A stretch of DNA of 64,000 nucleotides from Planctomycetota bacterium (GTDB taxonomy: Bacteria > Planctomycetota > MHYJ01 > WSZJ01). The stretch is taken from the NCBI GenBank assembly GCA_038060895.1, contig JBBTCT010000002.1, positions 1 to 64,000 of the forward strand, read 5' to 3'. The position numbers and the translations under genes were made by a program. Every line of letters starts with the position of its first letter. The first letter of the stretch is position 1. Under the pieces are notes generated by a model. The model was given only the letters and a program-made list of their open reading frames with translations. It was not told where the DNA came from and did not search any database. Positions 29,424-39,352 of this stretch are shown here, in pieces.

Positions 29424-30425
29424 CTACCCTTCCTGCACTTCCCGCAAAAACTTCGCCGCTTCTTCCGGCGGCACCGAATTAATGTAAAACCCGCTTCCCC
29501 ACTCAAACCCCGCCACCTTTGTCACCCGGGGAATGATCTCGATGTGCCAGTGGTAGTACGGCGCGCTGGCCGTCGAGAACGGCGTGGTGTGGATTACCAT
29601 ATTGTACGCGGGACCGGCGAGCGCGGACTCGATCCGGCGGAGCGTCGCGCGGAGGACCTGCGCGAGTTCGCCGAGGAGGTCGTCGGGGGTTTCCTCGAAG
29701 CGGCCGAGGTGCGGACGCGGGAGGATCCACGTCTCGAAAGCAAACCTGCTCGCGAAGGGCTCGATCGCGACGAAGTTCTTGTCCTCGAGGACCAGGCGCT
29801 CCTGCAGCCGGACTTCCTGCTCGACGATGTCGCAGAAGATGCAGCGGTCGCGGAACTCGTGGTACTTCTTCGCGCCACGCATTTCCTCTTCGACGAGGAG
29901 CGGGACGATCGGCGTCACGATGATCTGCGAGTGTGAATGCTCCATCGTCGCGCCCGCCGCTTCCCCCTGGTTCTTGAAGACCATGGCGTAGGCGAAGCGC
30001 TGGTCGCGTTTGAGGTCGGCCATGCGTTCGCGGAAGAGCCAGAGGACGTTGCGGACGCCGCTGACGGGGAGTTCGGTGATGGAGAGGAGGTGTTGCGGGG
30101 CCTCGATGACGACCTCGTGCGCGCCGACGCCGTTCATGACGTCGTAGAGGCCCTGGCCGCGCTTGTCGAGTTCGCCTTCGATCCGCAGCGCCGGGAATTT
30201 GTTAGGGACGACTCGCGCCTGCCAGCCCTTGCTGTCCCTCGGCCCGCCCTTGGGCCGGATCGCAAGGATCTCGCGGGGCGTCGCGCTCTCGTGCCCCTCG
30301 CAGAACGCGCAGGGTGCGCTTCGCGCGGCCGGCGAGGCGGGCTTGAAGTCGTTGGGGCGCTGGGCGCGCTCGGAAGCGACGATCACCCAGCGGCCGACGA
30401 CGGGATCCTTGCGGAGCTCAGGCAT
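29424..30425 (-). CDS. galT: GalT family nucleotidyltransferase (HIT superfamily)
   Basis: ELRKDP....WV, CAFC, VVPNKFPAL, AGATMEHSHSQ, HWHIEI.PR. Confidence 0.93.
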   Translation of the reverse strand: MPELRKDPVVGRWVIVASERAQRPNDFKPASPAARSAPCAFCEGHESATPREILAIRPKGGPRDSKGWQARVVPNKFPALRIEGELDKRGQGLYDVMNGVGAHEVVIEAPQHLLSITELPVSGVRNVLWLFRERMADLKRDQRFAYAMVFKNQGEAAGATMEHSHSQIIVTPIVPLLVEEEMRGAKKYHEFRDRCIFCDIVEQEVRLQERLVLEDKNFVAIEPFASRFAFETWILPRPHLGRFEETPDDLLGELAQVLRATLRRIESALAGPAYNMVIHTTPFSTASAPYYHWHIEIIPRVTKVAGFEWGSGFYINSVPPEEAAKFLREVQEG

Positions 30426-30548
30426 GGTGAGCCCGCGATGCTAACCGTAGCTTGTGAGGGGGAGAAGAGGGAGTGCTCGCATCGCGGGAAAGAGCAACTT
30501 CAAAACCGCGAAATTCAAGCAAGCGACAACTTCAAGCGGCAATACTGG

Positions 30549-31742
30549 TTATTCGGTGGCCAGCCGGTAAATCTTGCCGTCGAAACAGGTGACGTAGAGT
30601 TCGCCGTCCCAGTCCTCGCCGAAGCTCGCGATGTTCTTGGGCTGGTGAAGGACTTCCTTCCAGGCCGTGACCTGCTTGCCGTCGTAGCGGAGCGCCCAGA
30701 TCGTGCCGAGGACGTAGTCGGCGTAGAGGTAGGCGCCGACGAGGTCCTTCATCGCCTTGCCGCGGTAGACGTAGCCACCTGTGATGGAAGCGCCGTCCTT
30801 CCGCCCGTACTCGATCACGGGGTCGATCAGCGGTCCCCTGGCCGTCTCGTTTCCGAATCCGTGCAGCCCTTCGCGGATCCGCCAGCCGTAATTGCCGCCC
30901 TTCACGATCAGATCGACTTCCTCGTACTTGTCCTGCCCGACGTCGCCGCCCCAGAGCTCCCCCGTCTGACGGTCGAACGACATGCGCCAGATGTTGCGCA
31001 GCCCGTATGCCCACGTCTCGGGTTTCGCGCCGGCCGTCTGCGCGAAAGGATTGTCTTTCGGGATCGAGTACGGCTTTTTCCCGTCCGGCTTGTCCACGTC
31101 GATCCTGTGGACCTTCGCCAGCCACGAGCCGAGGTTCTGCCCGTTCTTCTGCGGATCGCCGCCGGCGCCGCCGTCGCCGACGGAGAAGTAGAGAAAACCG
31201 TCGGGGCCGAACAGGACCGTGGAGCCGTTGTGGTTGCCGTACGGTTTTTCAATCTCGCAAAACACCGTCTCGGAAGCGGGGTCGGCTTTGCCGGCGTCGG
31301 CGGCGGAGACCTTGAAGCGAGAGAGGACGTGGCGGCGCGGCTTGTTCCGGGTGTACCAGACGTAGAAGTAGCCGTTCTCCTTGTACTTCGGGTGGAACGC
31401 GAGGGCGAGAAGGCCTTCTTCATTGTGGCCGGTGAACGTCTTCGAAGCGATGTCGAGGAAGAGTGTCGCCTTCGACGGCGCCGGCTCCGGATGGAACCAG
31501 GAGACCCGGCCGTCCTGTTCGACAACGAAGAGCCGTTTTGTCCCGTCCGGCGGCGTCGTCAGCCAGACGGGCTTGTCGAACTCGAGCTTCGGGAAGGCGT
31601 CGAGCATCCTGACCCGGGGGAGTTCGGCGGTCTTCTCTGCGGCGGGCGGTTTGTCGCGGAAGCCGTCGTGCGAAGAGCCGTCGCCCTTGGAGTCACAGGC
31701 GACCAAAGCGGAGATGAGCAGGGCGGCGAGGAGGCGGCGCAT
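30549..31742 (-). CDS. PQQ-dependent glucose/sorbosone dehydrogenase family lipoprotein
   Basis: EEGLLALAFHP, NHNG..VLFGPDGFLY..GDGG, AYGLRNIWR, GDVGQ; lipobox LVAC. Confidence 0.92.
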   Translation of the reverse strand: MRRLLAALLISALVACDSKGDGSSHDGFRDKPPAAEKTAELPRVRMLDAFPKLEFDKPVWLTTPPDGTKRLFVVEQDGRVSWFHPEPAPSKATLFLDIASKTFTGHNEEGLLALAFHPKYKENGYFYVWYTRNKPRRHVLSRFKVSAADAGKADPASETVFCEIEKPYGNHNGSTVLFGPDGFLYFSVGDGGAGGDPQKNGQNLGSWLAKVHRIDVDKPDGKKPYSIPKDNPFAQTAGAKPETWAYGLRNIWRMSFDRQTGELWGGDVGQDKYEEVDLIVKGGNYGWRIREGLHGFGNETARGPLIDPVIEYGRKDGASITGGYVYRGKAMKDLVGAYLYADYVLGTIWALRYDGKQVTAWKEVLHQPKNIASFGEDWDGELYVTCFDGKIYRLATE

Positions 31743-31843
31743 GGGTGAGATGATACGGAATGCAGGGGTTAAGGGGCGCTCCGCGCACGCGGAAACGCGC
31801 TGGAAGGGCCGCTGAGAGGCGCTGTCAGGCCCCTGCCTGGGCG

Positions 31844-33976
31844 CTAGACCAGCCAATGCACCCGCTCGTCCTCCTCCGCGGGGACCTTGACCGAGATGGG
31901 CAGCCTCGCCGGCACGCGCTGGGACGCGGGGCCCGCCGCGGCCTCGACGAAGAACTCGAGATTTTCGCCGGCGACGACGTCGAGTTCGCGCAGGGGGATT
32001 GAGATCTCGAGAATGTCGCCTGCGGATGCGGTCGCGCCGCAGCCCGAGGCCTTTCCGCCGGCGACCACGGTGACGGTCTGGCGGTCGGTGTTCATGAAGA
32101 TCAGATTGACGCAGCGCGTCAAGAGCCCTTCCTTCGCTGAGCCGGAAGCGTCGATCCGGACGAGGAGGTGCTTGCGGTCGAATCCAAAGAACACGTCGCG
32201 GATCCAGGCCGAGGAGCGGTCCATGACGTCGGTGTCCTTCGCGGCGTCGTAGTGGCCCGCGCTGATCCACTCGTAGTAGTCGGAGCGGCGGCCGTCGATC
32301 TTCACGTCGAGAAGCGCCCACGGCTGGGTCCACGACGGCGCGGGGGCGACGGCGCCCTTGATCGGGCGCAGGAGCGCGGAAGGGACCGGGAGCCCCAGCG
32401 CGGAGTACACGTTCTGGAGATGCGTTCGAAAGAGAGCGTCAAAGATCCCCGCGACGGGGCTGTAGTGCTCTTCCCCGAACCACCAGAACCAGTCGCTTCC
32501 CTCGGCGGCGAACATCGATTCCCACGCGGCGTCGAGACCGTCCTTCGGGATGGAAGCGAGCGATGCAGGCGGCGGTGCTTCCCGCGGATCGCGGCCGGCG
32601 GCCTTCGTCGCTGCCAGGAGCGAAGCGCGCGCCTGTCCGAGCAGTTCCCAACCCGCGTTGTCCTCGGGGTGGCCGACCCAGATCTGGAAGTTGCGGTGGA
32701 TCCACGAACCCGACCAGAGGCGCTCGATGCGGCGCTTCGGCGGGTGCTTCTCAAGCTCCTCGCCGAGCAGCACGGTCCGGATGTCCTTTGCGTCTTCCAG
32801 CCTCCGGTAGAACGCGCGCAGGAACGGGACGCCGAGCCCGGGAAAATGTTCCCACGCGTTTTCTCCGTCGAGTGCGAGGGTGATGAGGGTGTCGTGCCCG
32901 CCCGCCCTGCCCGCGGCGCGGATCCGCGCGACGAGGTCGTCGGCGGCCTCCTCCGCGTTCGCGCGCTTGTACTCGAACCCCACGAGGTCGGAGACCGCGT
33001 GGTCGCGGAACACCATGGCGAGTTTTCCGCCGGTCTGCCACGGCGCGTAGAGGCCGCGCGCGTCGCGGTGGAAATCTGAACCGAGCGACGCCTCGAGCAC
33101 GCCTTCGTCCGACGCCATCCACCGGAACCCCGCTTCCTCTACCAGCGGCACGATGTCCGGCGAGACCGAGCCCTCGCTCGGCCAGAGCCCACGCGGGTCG
33201 CGGCCGAAGCGGTCGCGGTAGAGCGCCACGGCGCGCGCGAGGTGGGCGCGCGCGTCGTCTTCCATGTTGAGCGCGGGGGCTTTCGGGAGCACGACGTTGG
33301 CCATCGCGACGCGCGCGCTCTCCATCCGGCACAGGAGCGGCAGGATCGGATGCCAGTACGGCGTCGTCGTGACCTCGATCTGCCCGGCGTCCTGCATTGC
33401 GCGGTGCGCGGGGACCACCCCGGCGAGAACCTCGCGCTGCGCGGCCAGCACCTTCTCCTTGTCGGCTTCCGAGAAACCGCGCTGCTTCGCAAACAGTCCC
33501 TTCACCACCGTCATTTCCTCGCGCAGAAGCGGATGAAACCACGCGAGGTTGTGCCACACCTGCAGATCGCGCCAGTCCTCCGCAGAGAGCGCTTCCGGCC
33601 GCCATCGCGCCGCGCCGCGCGCCTTCGCGAGAAGCTCCCCGTAGCGCTCGTTGGCCCGCACGAGGTTGTCTTCGTGAGCCATGAAAAAGGTCTCGAGGAT
33701 CGACTTCTGGTCTTCCGGCCGCAGGTCCTCCGCGGGAATCCGCGCGAGCCGGAGCCAGGGGTCCGGCATCCCCGAAGCGGCCGCTTCGATCTGGAGGATC
33801 AGCCCGGGAACCAGGTTGACGTGGGCCTTCACGCCGGGGAATTCGCGCAACAGCGCCGGCATCCCCCAGTAGTCCTTGATTCCGTGCAGCCGCACCCACG
33901 GCATCGCCGCCTCGCCGCGCCTCAGGTCCGCGTAGCAGGGCTGGTGCTGGTGCCAGAGGAGCGCGAGCCGCGTCAC
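31844..33976 (-). CDS. Glycoside hydrolase family 57 (amylopullulanase-like)
   Basis: WHQHQP, HPILPLL, GLWPSEG, ALDGENAWE, AEGSDWFWW. GTG start overlaps the upstream stop. Confidence 0.95.
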   Translation of the reverse strand: MTRLALLWHQHQPCYADLRRGEAAMPWVRLHGIKDYWGMPALLREFPGVKAHVNLVPGLILQIEAAASGMPDPWLRLARIPAEDLRPEDQKSILETFFMAHEDNLVRANERYGELLAKARGAARWRPEALSAEDWRDLQVWHNLAWFHPLLREEMTVVKGLFAKQRGFSEADKEKVLAAQREVLAGVVPAHRAMQDAGQIEVTTTPYWHPILPLLCRMESARVAMANVVLPKAPALNMEDDARAHLARAVALYRDRFGRDPRGLWPSEGSVSPDIVPLVEEAGFRWMASDEGVLEASLGSDFHRDARGLYAPWQTGGKLAMVFRDHAVSDLVGFEYKRANAEEAADDLVARIRAAGRAGGHDTLITLALDGENAWEHFPGLGVPFLRAFYRRLEDAKDIRTVLLGEELEKHPPKRRIERLWSGSWIHRNFQIWVGHPEDNAGWELLGQARASLLAATKAAGRDPREAPPPASLASIPKDGLDAAWESMFAAEGSDWFWWFGEEHYSPVAGIFDALFRTHLQNVYSALGLPVPSALLRPIKGAVAPAPSWTQPWALLDVKIDGRRSDYYEWISAGHYDAAKDTDVMDRSSAWIRDVFFGFDRKHLLVRIDASGSAKEGLLTRCVNLIFMNTDRQTVTVVAGGKASGCGATASAGDILEISIPLRELDVVAGENLEFFVEAAAGPASQRVPARLPISVKVPAEEDERVHWLV

Positions 33977-36084
33977 CTCTGGCGTCGCTCCACCATTTCC
34001 TCCCACTTGCGCAGGTCTGACTCCGACGGGTCCAGCACCGACGGCACAATCCCGACGAGGCTCTGGAACGAATGAAGCGCGGACTGTTGCGCGATCTGGC
34101 TCTGGTCGTGGAAGAAGCTTGCGAGCGGACGCACGGCGGCTTTCGTTCCGCAGCGGCCCAGCAGCTGGACGCACGATACCCGGTAGTCGGCGTCCGCCGA
34201 CTTCAGCCCTTCGAGCAGGTCCGGCTCAACCGAACGGTTCTTCAGGTCCGCGAGCGAGTCCCGGGCCGCGTCGCGCACGTCGCCGGTGCGGTCCCTGAGA
34301 AGCGGCAGCAGCGGCTTGGCGGCCCGTTGCTCGGAGAGCCTGCCGAGGGACCGTGCGGCCTCGCGCCGGACCGCCGCTTCCTGTGACGAGAGGCTTTCGA
34401 GAAGCGCGTCGGCCGAAGCGACGTCGCCGCGAATCCCGAGCAGGCGGGCGGCGCGCCATTGTTCGCGAGGCGTTCCGCTCAGGAGCCGGCCGCGGATCAT
34501 CTCGTTCCCGGAAGGCGACAGCTTCGAGGACAGGGCTTCCTGCAGCCGGCCCCAGACCTGTTCTTCGGGGTCGTCCAGAAGCGGCACGAGCCGGGCCTCG
34601 AGATCCGCCGGTGCGAGCCTGGCGATTCTTGCGACGGCCATGGCGCGATCCGAGGCGCGCGGCGAACGCAGTCCCTCTTCGGCCTCCTGCTGGGCCGAGG
34701 CGCGCCATTCATCGGGCTCTTTCGTCTTGTTCAGGCCCCACCAGAACGCCCAGTCCTTGTGGAGTGCCGCCCTTTCTCTCTCGATGTCCTCCCTCGTCCG
34801 GAACGCGCCGACCCTTCGCGACAGGTGGCCCGTCAGGAGGCGCAGCTCCGCGTCGATCCAGGGAAGTTCGTTCGGCGGCGTGGTCAGGAGATCGTCGATG
34901 AGCGCGGGTATGCCGGCCTTCGGGTCCCGGGCGACGACGCTGTGAAGCGTTTCGTGAAGCGTCGGGGAGTCGATCTTGTGGATCAGCGCGATCAGCCGGG
35001 TCGCAAGCGCTCCGTCGCCGGAGGCCGCGATGGCGCGCAGCAGGGCTTCCCGGCCCTCGAGGTCCACTTCGCCGCGCTCGATCTGTGACAGCCAGCGAGA
35101 CGCATCTTTTCCTGACGCCGTCTTCCCGAGCGCGTCTGCCGCTGCAGTGCGGATTTCCCGGCGCTCCTTCCGGACGAGGGCTTCCAGCGCCGCAATCGCG
35201 CGAGGATCCTGGCGCCCACCCAGACTCTCGATCGCCAGAAGCCGGATGGCGCTCGACCGGTTGGTGGCGGCCGCCACTTCGCACAGCGCCTTCAACGCCT
35301 CCGGTCCCGACAGCGCGGCCAGCACTTCGATGGCCAGCAACTGGGCGCCGGGTTCGAAGCGCGGGAGGGCCGTGACGATGCTCTGGGCGAGGGAGGCTTC
35401 CCGGCCGGCGCCCGGGGGAAACTGCGGAAAGGTGGCGCGGGCGAGGTAGAGCGCGTTGTAGATGCGAATCGGTTCTCCGCTGCGGAGCCCCGCCGAGACG
35501 GGCGCGACTGCGGCGGCCACGAGGCCTTCATCGACGAGCACCGCTGCGATAAAGTCCGGCGCGAAGGACGCCGCCCCCATCGCATCGGTGACGGCGGCGC
35601 TGAAGATGCTCTCAGGGTGGCCTCGAAGCGCTTCACGCGCGGCGTTACGGACTTCGGGCGACGGATCCGCGAGGGCGGGCCCCGCCGCGCGCGCCGCCGC
35701 CTCGGTGTGAATCCGGGCGAGAGCGCCGAGCGCATCCTTTCGGCGCCCTTCCGTGGTTCCCACGACGCTGGCCGACAGGAGATCGATCTCCTCTTCACCC
35801 GCCGAGGCCGCGAGGATGGAAAAGAGTTCGTCGGGGATGGGTGCTTCCCTGGCGCGGGACGCGATGGCGGGCGCGGCGCGGCGTCCGAATTTCTTCAGGA
35901 ACGCGAGCGCGTCTTCGGGCAGCTTGTCGGGCGGCGAGAGCACGATCTCGAAAACCGCGGCCCGCGCGTACAGGTCCGGTCCGCGCTTCGCCACATGCGC
36001 CGCCGCCGCGACCCCGAACGAGGCGAACGTGATGGCGGCGACCGCGACGAGCGGGCGCATGCGCCGGGGAAAGCGCTGCCTCAT
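33973..36084 (-). CDS. HEAT-repeat protein with N-terminal TM/signal segment
   Basis: Repeated 'L.D....VR.AA..AL' units; ATGA overlap with a small upstream ORF. Confidence 0.88.
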   Translation of the reverse strand: MRQRFPRRMRPLVAVAAITFASFGVAAAAHVAKRGPDLYARAAVFEIVLSPPDKLPEDALAFLKKFGRRAAPAIASRAREAPIPDELFSILAASAGEEEIDLLSASVVGTTEGRRKDALGALARIHTEAAARAAGPALADPSPEVRNAAREALRGHPESIFSAAVTDAMGAASFAPDFIAAVLVDEGLVAAAVAPVSAGLRSGEPIRIYNALYLARATFPQFPPGAGREASLAQSIVTALPRFEPGAQLLAIEVLAALSGPEALKALCEVAAATNRSSAIRLLAIESLGGRQDPRAIAALEALVRKERREIRTAAADALGKTASGKDASRWLSQIERGEVDLEGREALLRAIAASGDGALATRLIALIHKIDSPTLHETLHSVVARDPKAGIPALIDDLLTTPPNELPWIDAELRLLTGHLSRRVGAFRTREDIERERAALHKDWAFWWGLNKTKEPDEWRASAQQEAEEGLRSPRASDRAMAVARIARLAPADLEARLVPLLDDPEEQVWGRLQEALSSKLSPSGNEMIRGRLLSGTPREQWRAARLLGIRGDVASADALLESLSSQEAAVRREAARSLGRLSEQRAAKPLLPLLRDRTGDVRDAARDSLADLKNRSVEPDLLEGLKSADADYRVSCVQLLGRCGTKAAVRPLASFFHDQSQIAQQSALHSFQSLVGIVPSVLDPSESDLRKWEEMVERRQR

Positions 36085-36257
36085 CGCGCCGGGGCGTCCT
36101 GACGCGCCTGCCTGATCTTCGCGTTCAGGCGCTCGATTTCGATGGTGAGCTTGTAGATCTGGTCGTTGGTCTTCTCGACCAGGTCCTGAAGCTCCAGGAA
36201 GCGCGCGATCAGGGCGGCTTTTTCTTTCTCGAGGCGTTCCGGGGAGGGGTCGCTCAT
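36081..36257 (-). CDS. 58-aa coiled-coil protein (missed by ORF track)
   Basis: MSDPSPERLEKEKAALIARFLELQDLVEKTNDQIYKLTIEIERLNAKIRQARQDAPAR; GGAG RBS and TACAAT upstream; coupled to the HEAT gene. Confidence 0.75.
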   Translation of the reverse strand: MSDPSPERLEKEKAALIARFLELQDLVEKTNDQIYKLTIEIERLNAKIRQARQDAPAR

Positions 36258-36344
36258 GGGGTTCTCCGGAAGGCCATTGTACGACCGCGCAGGGGGGAGG
36301 GGTGAGTATTGAGAATACAGATCTCGAGGGGGGCGCGCGTGCCG

Positions 36345-37073
36345 CTACTGAGGCACCATAAAGACGCTGATATTCCAAAGGGTGTGCGCAACGACGCAAG
36401 TCCAAAGGCTCTTCGAAAAACGGAAGAGCAGCGCCAAGATCAGGCCGAAGGCCGCCGCGTGCGCCACGCCCCCTGCGCCCTGGTAAAGGTGGAAGGACGT
36501 GAAGAGGGCAATGGACGCCGGGATGCCGATCCAGGGCCCGAGCAGGTCCCCGAGCCGGGTCTGAAGGTGTGCCCGGCAGGTCAGTTCCTGCCCAAAGCAA
36601 CTGATGAAGGTGCAAATGACGCAGAAAAACGCCTCGGAGGCATCCTGGACGGGAAGAATGAAGCCCCCGCGTTCCTGCCATCCGACTTTCACCAGGAGCG
36701 GATTGAGCCCATGATAGGCGGCGAGGCACAAGAGCATCCCGATGACCCCGAGCCCCAGGTCGGATTTCCAGCGCGGCTTCCGGACTCCGAAGTGCGGGGG
36801 CCCCTCCGGGGCCACGAGGATCAGCACTCCCGCAGGGAGGATCCAAAGCAAGCTGAGGACAAGTTCCAGGCACAGGAACGCATAGTCGAATCGCCAGTAG
36901 TCCGCCTCCGTCATCTCTTCTGGCGCGGGCAGGAAGCAAAGTCGAACCGCAGGGAAGATCGCAAGGAGGACAACGATCGCGATTTCGATCCATTTGCGGC
37001 GGCGCGACGAGACGGCCGGCGCCTCAGTCGGAGCACTTTCCCCTGGATCATCTGGCACCGCTCGCTCCGGCAT
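36345..37073 (-). CDS. CPBP (CAAX/Abi) intramembrane protease family
   Basis: QELTCR (EExxxR-like), FTSFH and HTLWN motifs; multiple TM segments. Confidence 0.85.
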   Translation of the reverse strand: MPERAVPDDPGESAPTEAPAVSSRRRKWIEIAIVVLLAIFPAVRLCFLPAPEEMTEADYWRFDYAFLCLELVLSLLWILPAGVLILVAPEGPPHFGVRKPRWKSDLGLGVIGMLLCLAAYHGLNPLLVKVGWQERGGFILPVQDASEAFFCVICTFISCFGQELTCRAHLQTRLGDLLGPWIGIPASIALFTSFHLYQGAGGVAHAAAFGLILALLFRFSKSLWTCVVAHTLWNISVFMVPQ

Positions 37074-37119
37074 CGGCGACTCTCCCGGGGGGTGGTCGCC
37101 TCAGTCTAACCGCGCCTGC

Positions 37120-37815
37120 TCAGGCAGGACCTGCAACCGGGACGGCCGCCTCCGGCGTCGCAACCACCAGCCTGTCGAACCACTCATGGTCCGAGTCAAA
37201 GATCAGGCCGACGTGGCGCAGCTTGAGGTCGGGGGTCTGTTCGCTGTACACGGCGCGCGCGTGGAATTTTTCCTCTCCGGTCGGGAAGTTGATGCGGCCA
37301 TCGAATTCGCGGTCGAGTTTGGAGTGGAAGAACTCGTGGAAGCGGCGCATCGCCTCGAAGTCGTGTTTCGGGGCCGCGAGGACGCCGTGGCGGGAGAGGG
37401 CGGAAACGCGGATCTCGGTGAACTCGGCGCCGATCTGGACCAGCGCCGGGACGTCGATGTTGTGGCGGTTCCAGGCGGCGGGCGAGCGGCCGAGGGCCTG
37501 GCGCAGGGCGTCGGACATGGATCCGACGCGAATCGGTTTCCGAAGCGCGATGAAGGGGCCGGAGGCGGGCTCTTCGCGGAACAGGGCGACCATCGGGAAT
37601 CCAGGGAGGAGATGCTGGACCTCGTCGATGAGCGGCATTTCCTGCTCCGGCTCGCCGACGTCGAGGACGAGCGCGTCGAAAAGGCCCGTGTGCAGCTTCG
37701 CACGGGCATCTTTCAGTGTCGGGCTGATCGAGACGTTGCAGCCTCTCCCCAGGAGGATGGACTTGATCAGGAAGCCGGAAGTGCGCTCGCGGTCGAGGAT
37801 GAGGATGTTGTCCAT
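37120..37815 (-). CDS. Atypical receiver domain + degenerate PilZ-like domain
   Basis: ILILD...FDALVLD...LRKPI; C-terminal 'ALSRHG...HARAVY...HVGLIF'; AAGGAG RBS. Confidence 0.7.
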   Translation of the reverse strand: MDNILILDRERTSGFLIKSILLGRGCNVSISPTLKDARAKLHTGLFDALVLDVGEPEQEMPLIDEVQHLLPGFPMVALFREEPASGPFIALRKPIRVGSMSDALRQALGRSPAAWNRHNIDVPALVQIGAEFTEIRVSALSRHGVLAAPKHDFEAMRRFHEFFHSKLDREFDGRINFPTGEEKFHARAVYSEQTPDLKLRHVGLIFDSDHEWFDRLVVATPEAAVPVAGPA

Positions 37816-37950
37816 GGAAACGCTCCTTGGAGGGTGAAAGCGACGAAAGTCCGCTTCTATCCTCGGCTTCTGGCGGTCACCACCTTGACTTAACTTTTGT
37901 ATGTGCTAAAATTAGGCGAAGATTCTCGCGGCCCGGGGGCGACCAACAGC

Positions 37951-38027
37951 AAATCCCAACTCGAACTCCAACCCCAAACGAGAAGGCATGATTTGGGATT
38001 TGGAGTTGGGGTTGGAGTTGGGATTTG
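37951..38027. repeat. Family C palindromic repeat
   Basis: AAATCCCAACTCGAACTCCAACCCCAAA...TTTGGAGTTGGGGTTGGAGTTGGGATTT. Confidence 0.8.
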
Positions 38028-38072
38028 TCGTTCGTCGTATTTCACCCGGCCTCCCTTGAGAGGGGAATCCTC

Positions 38073-38873
38073 GTGCGCACGATCGCGATCACGAACCAGA
38101 AGGGCGGCGTCGGCAAAACCACCACCGCCGTCAACCTCGCTGCCTCCCTCGCTCATTTCGGCCGCCGAGTGCTCGTCGTCGACTGCGACGCGCAGACCAA
38201 CGCGACGCTGTCATTCGGGATCAACCACGCGAAACTCGACGCGACCGTTTATGACATCTTCACGGGCGAAGCGAGCGCCCAGGAAGTGATCGTGCGCTAC
38301 TCCGACCGGCTCCACGTCATCCCGGCGACGCCGGACCTGGCGGGGGGCGAAGCGGAAAAGTCGCCGGCCGCATCGCGGGGCCAGGCGCTCAAGCAGGCGT
38401 TGTCGGGGCTGACAGGCTACGACTTCGTCATCGTGGACTGCCCGCCGACGCTCGGCCTGATCAACGTAAACGTCCTCGTCTTCGTGGAAGAAATCATCAT
38501 CCCGATGCAGTGCCAGTTCTTCGCCCTGCAGGGGATTTCGCTGCTGCTCAAGACGATCGACCTCGTCCAGAAGCGCGTCAACCCGCGGCTGAAAATCACC
38601 GGCGTCCTGCCCTGCATGTTCGACGGGCGCACAACGCTCTCGAAGGAAGTCCTCGAGGAGATCAAGGGGCACTTCGGCGACAAGGTCTACAAGACCCGCA
38701 TCCGCTCCAACGTGCGCCTCGCCGAGGCGCCGTCCTTCGGTAAGCCCGTGATCGAGTACGACCCCGGTTGCAACGGCGCGCACGACTACCTCGCGCTGGC
38801 CCGCGAGGTCCTCGGTCTGGCGGAAGACGCCAAGCCGCCCGTCGCGGAAATGCCGAAGCAAGAAACGGCGTAG
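38073..38873 (+). CDS. parA: ParA/Soj family ATPase
   Basis: NQKGGVGKTTTAVNLA, DCDAQTNAT, DCPPTLG, LAEAPSFGKP. Confidence 0.95.
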   Translation: MRTIAITNQKGGVGKTTTAVNLAASLAHFGRRVLVVDCDAQTNATLSFGINHAKLDATVYDIFTGEASAQEVIVRYSDRLHVIPATPDLAGGEAEKSPAASRGQALKQALSGLTGYDFVIVDCPPTLGLINVNVLVFVEEIIIPMQCQFFALQGISLLLKTIDLVQKRVNPRLKITGVLPCMFDGRTTLSKEVLEEIKGHFGDKVYKTRIRSNVRLAEAPSFGKPVIEYDPGCNGAHDYLALAREVLGLAEDAKPPVAEMPKQETA

Positions 38874-39012
38874 AGCGCGGGAAGAGGGTGTCGGTTCAGG
38901 CTGCGTCGGCCTGGCCTCTCCTGAAGCGCGGCCATTTGTTACACGGGCCGACTCCGCCCGACCCGCCTCCCTTTTCCCGCGCCCTAAGCATGTTCAGACC
39001 AGGACGAGCGAA

Positions 39013-39042
39013 TTGACAGCCCCCCCGCCTCCCGACTACGAT
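39013..39042 (+). promoter_or_regulatory. sigma70-type promoter
   Basis: TTGACA, 18 nt, TACGAT upstream of 39101. Confidence 0.55.
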
Positions 39043-39100
39043 TCCCCGTTCGCGATCCCGGGTCGAGCGTCCTTTCCCGCTTCCCATTCGGAGATCCTGC

Positions 39101-39352
39101 ATGAATCAACCCCAAAGTGCCGTCAGAAGGTCGGGCAAGGCGAAGGCGAAGAGTCATGCGGTGCATGCGGGTTCGGCGCACACGCATCCGGAGGTGGTGG
39201 ACGCGCTGATTGACCGCGCGAAGAGCCATCCGCTCGGGACGGAGTTCCTGTCGCAGGGGGCGCTCGACAGCGTTTCCGCCGCGTTCCAGGCGCACGCGTT
39301 CACGGTTGAGGCTGCGCGGGAGAGGCTGCAGGGCGAAGGAATCGCCGAGTGA
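39101..39352 (+). CDS. Small hypothetical protein
   Basis: GGAG RBS; GTGA overlap with the next gene. Confidence 0.7.
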   Translation: MNQPQSAVRRSGKAKAKSHAVHAGSAHTHPEVVDALIDRAKSHPLGTEFLSQGALDSVSAAFQAHAFTVEAARERLQGEGIAE

